Shown here one piece after another: positions 62,871 through 64,000 of a DNA stretch of 64,000 nucleotides. Where the stretch lies: contig NC_068989.1 in assembly GCF_001194135.2 (NCBI RefSeq), positions 10,451,761 through 10,515,760 on the forward strand, in the 5' to 3' direction. The translations under genes and the position numbers were made by a program. Positions within the stretch are counted from its first letter, which is position 1. The number at the start of each line of letters is the position of its first letter. The notes under the pieces are model-generated. The model was not told where the DNA came from. It did not search any database and worked only from the letters and a program-made list of their open reading frames with translations. The stretch is from Octopus bimaculoides (lineage: Eukaryota).

Positions 62871-64000
62871 CTTTCCTTTAATTTACGCAGGTGATTATCA
62901 GGATAAGATTTCTTTAAAAAAATGCTTCTACTCAGGTAAAATTCACACCTAAAAGTTTTCAGAATTGCTGATATAGCCAGAGGAAGAAGGTTTCCAGTTT
63001 AGTTTTTTTTACCATAATTTCACTTACTTATGATTAGATTTTATTAAAGTTTCATTAAATAAAAATAATTTCTCTTTTAACAGGTGTCACATTGAAAGCT
63101 ATTAAATTACAAAGTGTTTGTGTTCATAATAAAGTTTATTGTACATTTCTTGCCCTCAAGAGATTATGTCCGATCTTTAGCATACTGCTGTATGTCTTCT
63201 CGAATCATGATCACCGGAAAAGTTGTTGATAAGAATTACCAACAAAAACATGCCAAAAAATATGCACAGGTGTTGCAAATTAAGTTTAATTACCAATAAA
63301 CATCACCTTGTATGACACTTTATTCAACCGACAGGGGAAGGTGATCAATCAAACTGAGTATGTAAACAGAATTCTGATTGGTCGAAAGTGTCTTCTTGTC
63401 TCAAGCTCTGATTTTCTGCTTATTCTTATCAGAACCTTTGATATGGAGTATTGAAATTTTAATCCTTTTCACACTTCGAAAATGTCAAGCAAACTTTAAA
63501 AATTTGTCATTACCGTTATTGTCAGCACGGGCAGAACTTATGAATTGTTTGCTCTGAAGGAGAAATTAAATATGCACTCCATTGCGATAGGTAGAAACTC
63601 CAAGCAATGTAAAATATAACTTGGACCATGGTTACCGCCGTGAATGTCAGACTTCAAAAACTAGTTAACCATTTAATGGTTTTGGTAAATTTATAGAGAA
63701 AAAGTAAGCATTATACCGTCCAGCATAAATAAAAGTCAACTTCATTATGTGTATTTAAGCCATTGTTTTTTCTGTAAAAACCTATTTGGACATTAAATGA
63801 GTCAACTTCCGGTACAAATGTTGACATTTTGTACATCTTTTTTCAACAACAAAAATTTCAGAACAAATTCTGGAGACGATCTAATGGTGTAGTTTATGCA
63901 CTCCCTAAAGTTTATTTTTGTGAAAAAAAGTGCATAAATTACATGGGATTTTATGGTGTGTATACACACACACACACACACACGCACAAATATATATATA

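Overview
AT-rich, repeat-dense animal genomic DNA with several N gaps. It is most likely an octopus (coleoid cephalopod); this is inferred from the SINE/RTE repeat landscape, not from a database search. Three protein-coding loci are supported. (1) A + strand gene rebuilt by hand from phase-compatible exons (CDS 16044-16094, 17286-17538, 19104-19216, 22954-23021, 25130-25353, 26189-29496; 1338 aa if the last exon is terminal). It encodes a type II membrane protein with a short cytoplasmic tail, one TM helix, a SEA-like domain and a ~1100-aa S/T/N-rich mucin-like ectodomain from one 3.3-kb exon. (2) An intact, intronless RIOK1 kinase ORF (33771-35405, -). (3) The first two coding exons of TPP2 (47648-47809, 57952-58080, +), which continues beyond the window. 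The rest is tRNA-derived SINEs, RTE LINE fragments and tails, a decayed Penelope-like element, a DD37D Tc1/mariner remnant, non-autonomous Helitrons, hAT and Tigger-like remnants, and micro/minisatellites. I found no clear evidence of a wholly new multi-gene system. The best leads are the SEA-mucin gene, the intronless RIOK1 bracketed by inverted repeat copies, a hammerhead-like motif inside a fold-back, and two inverted minisatellite arrays in a TPP2 intron.
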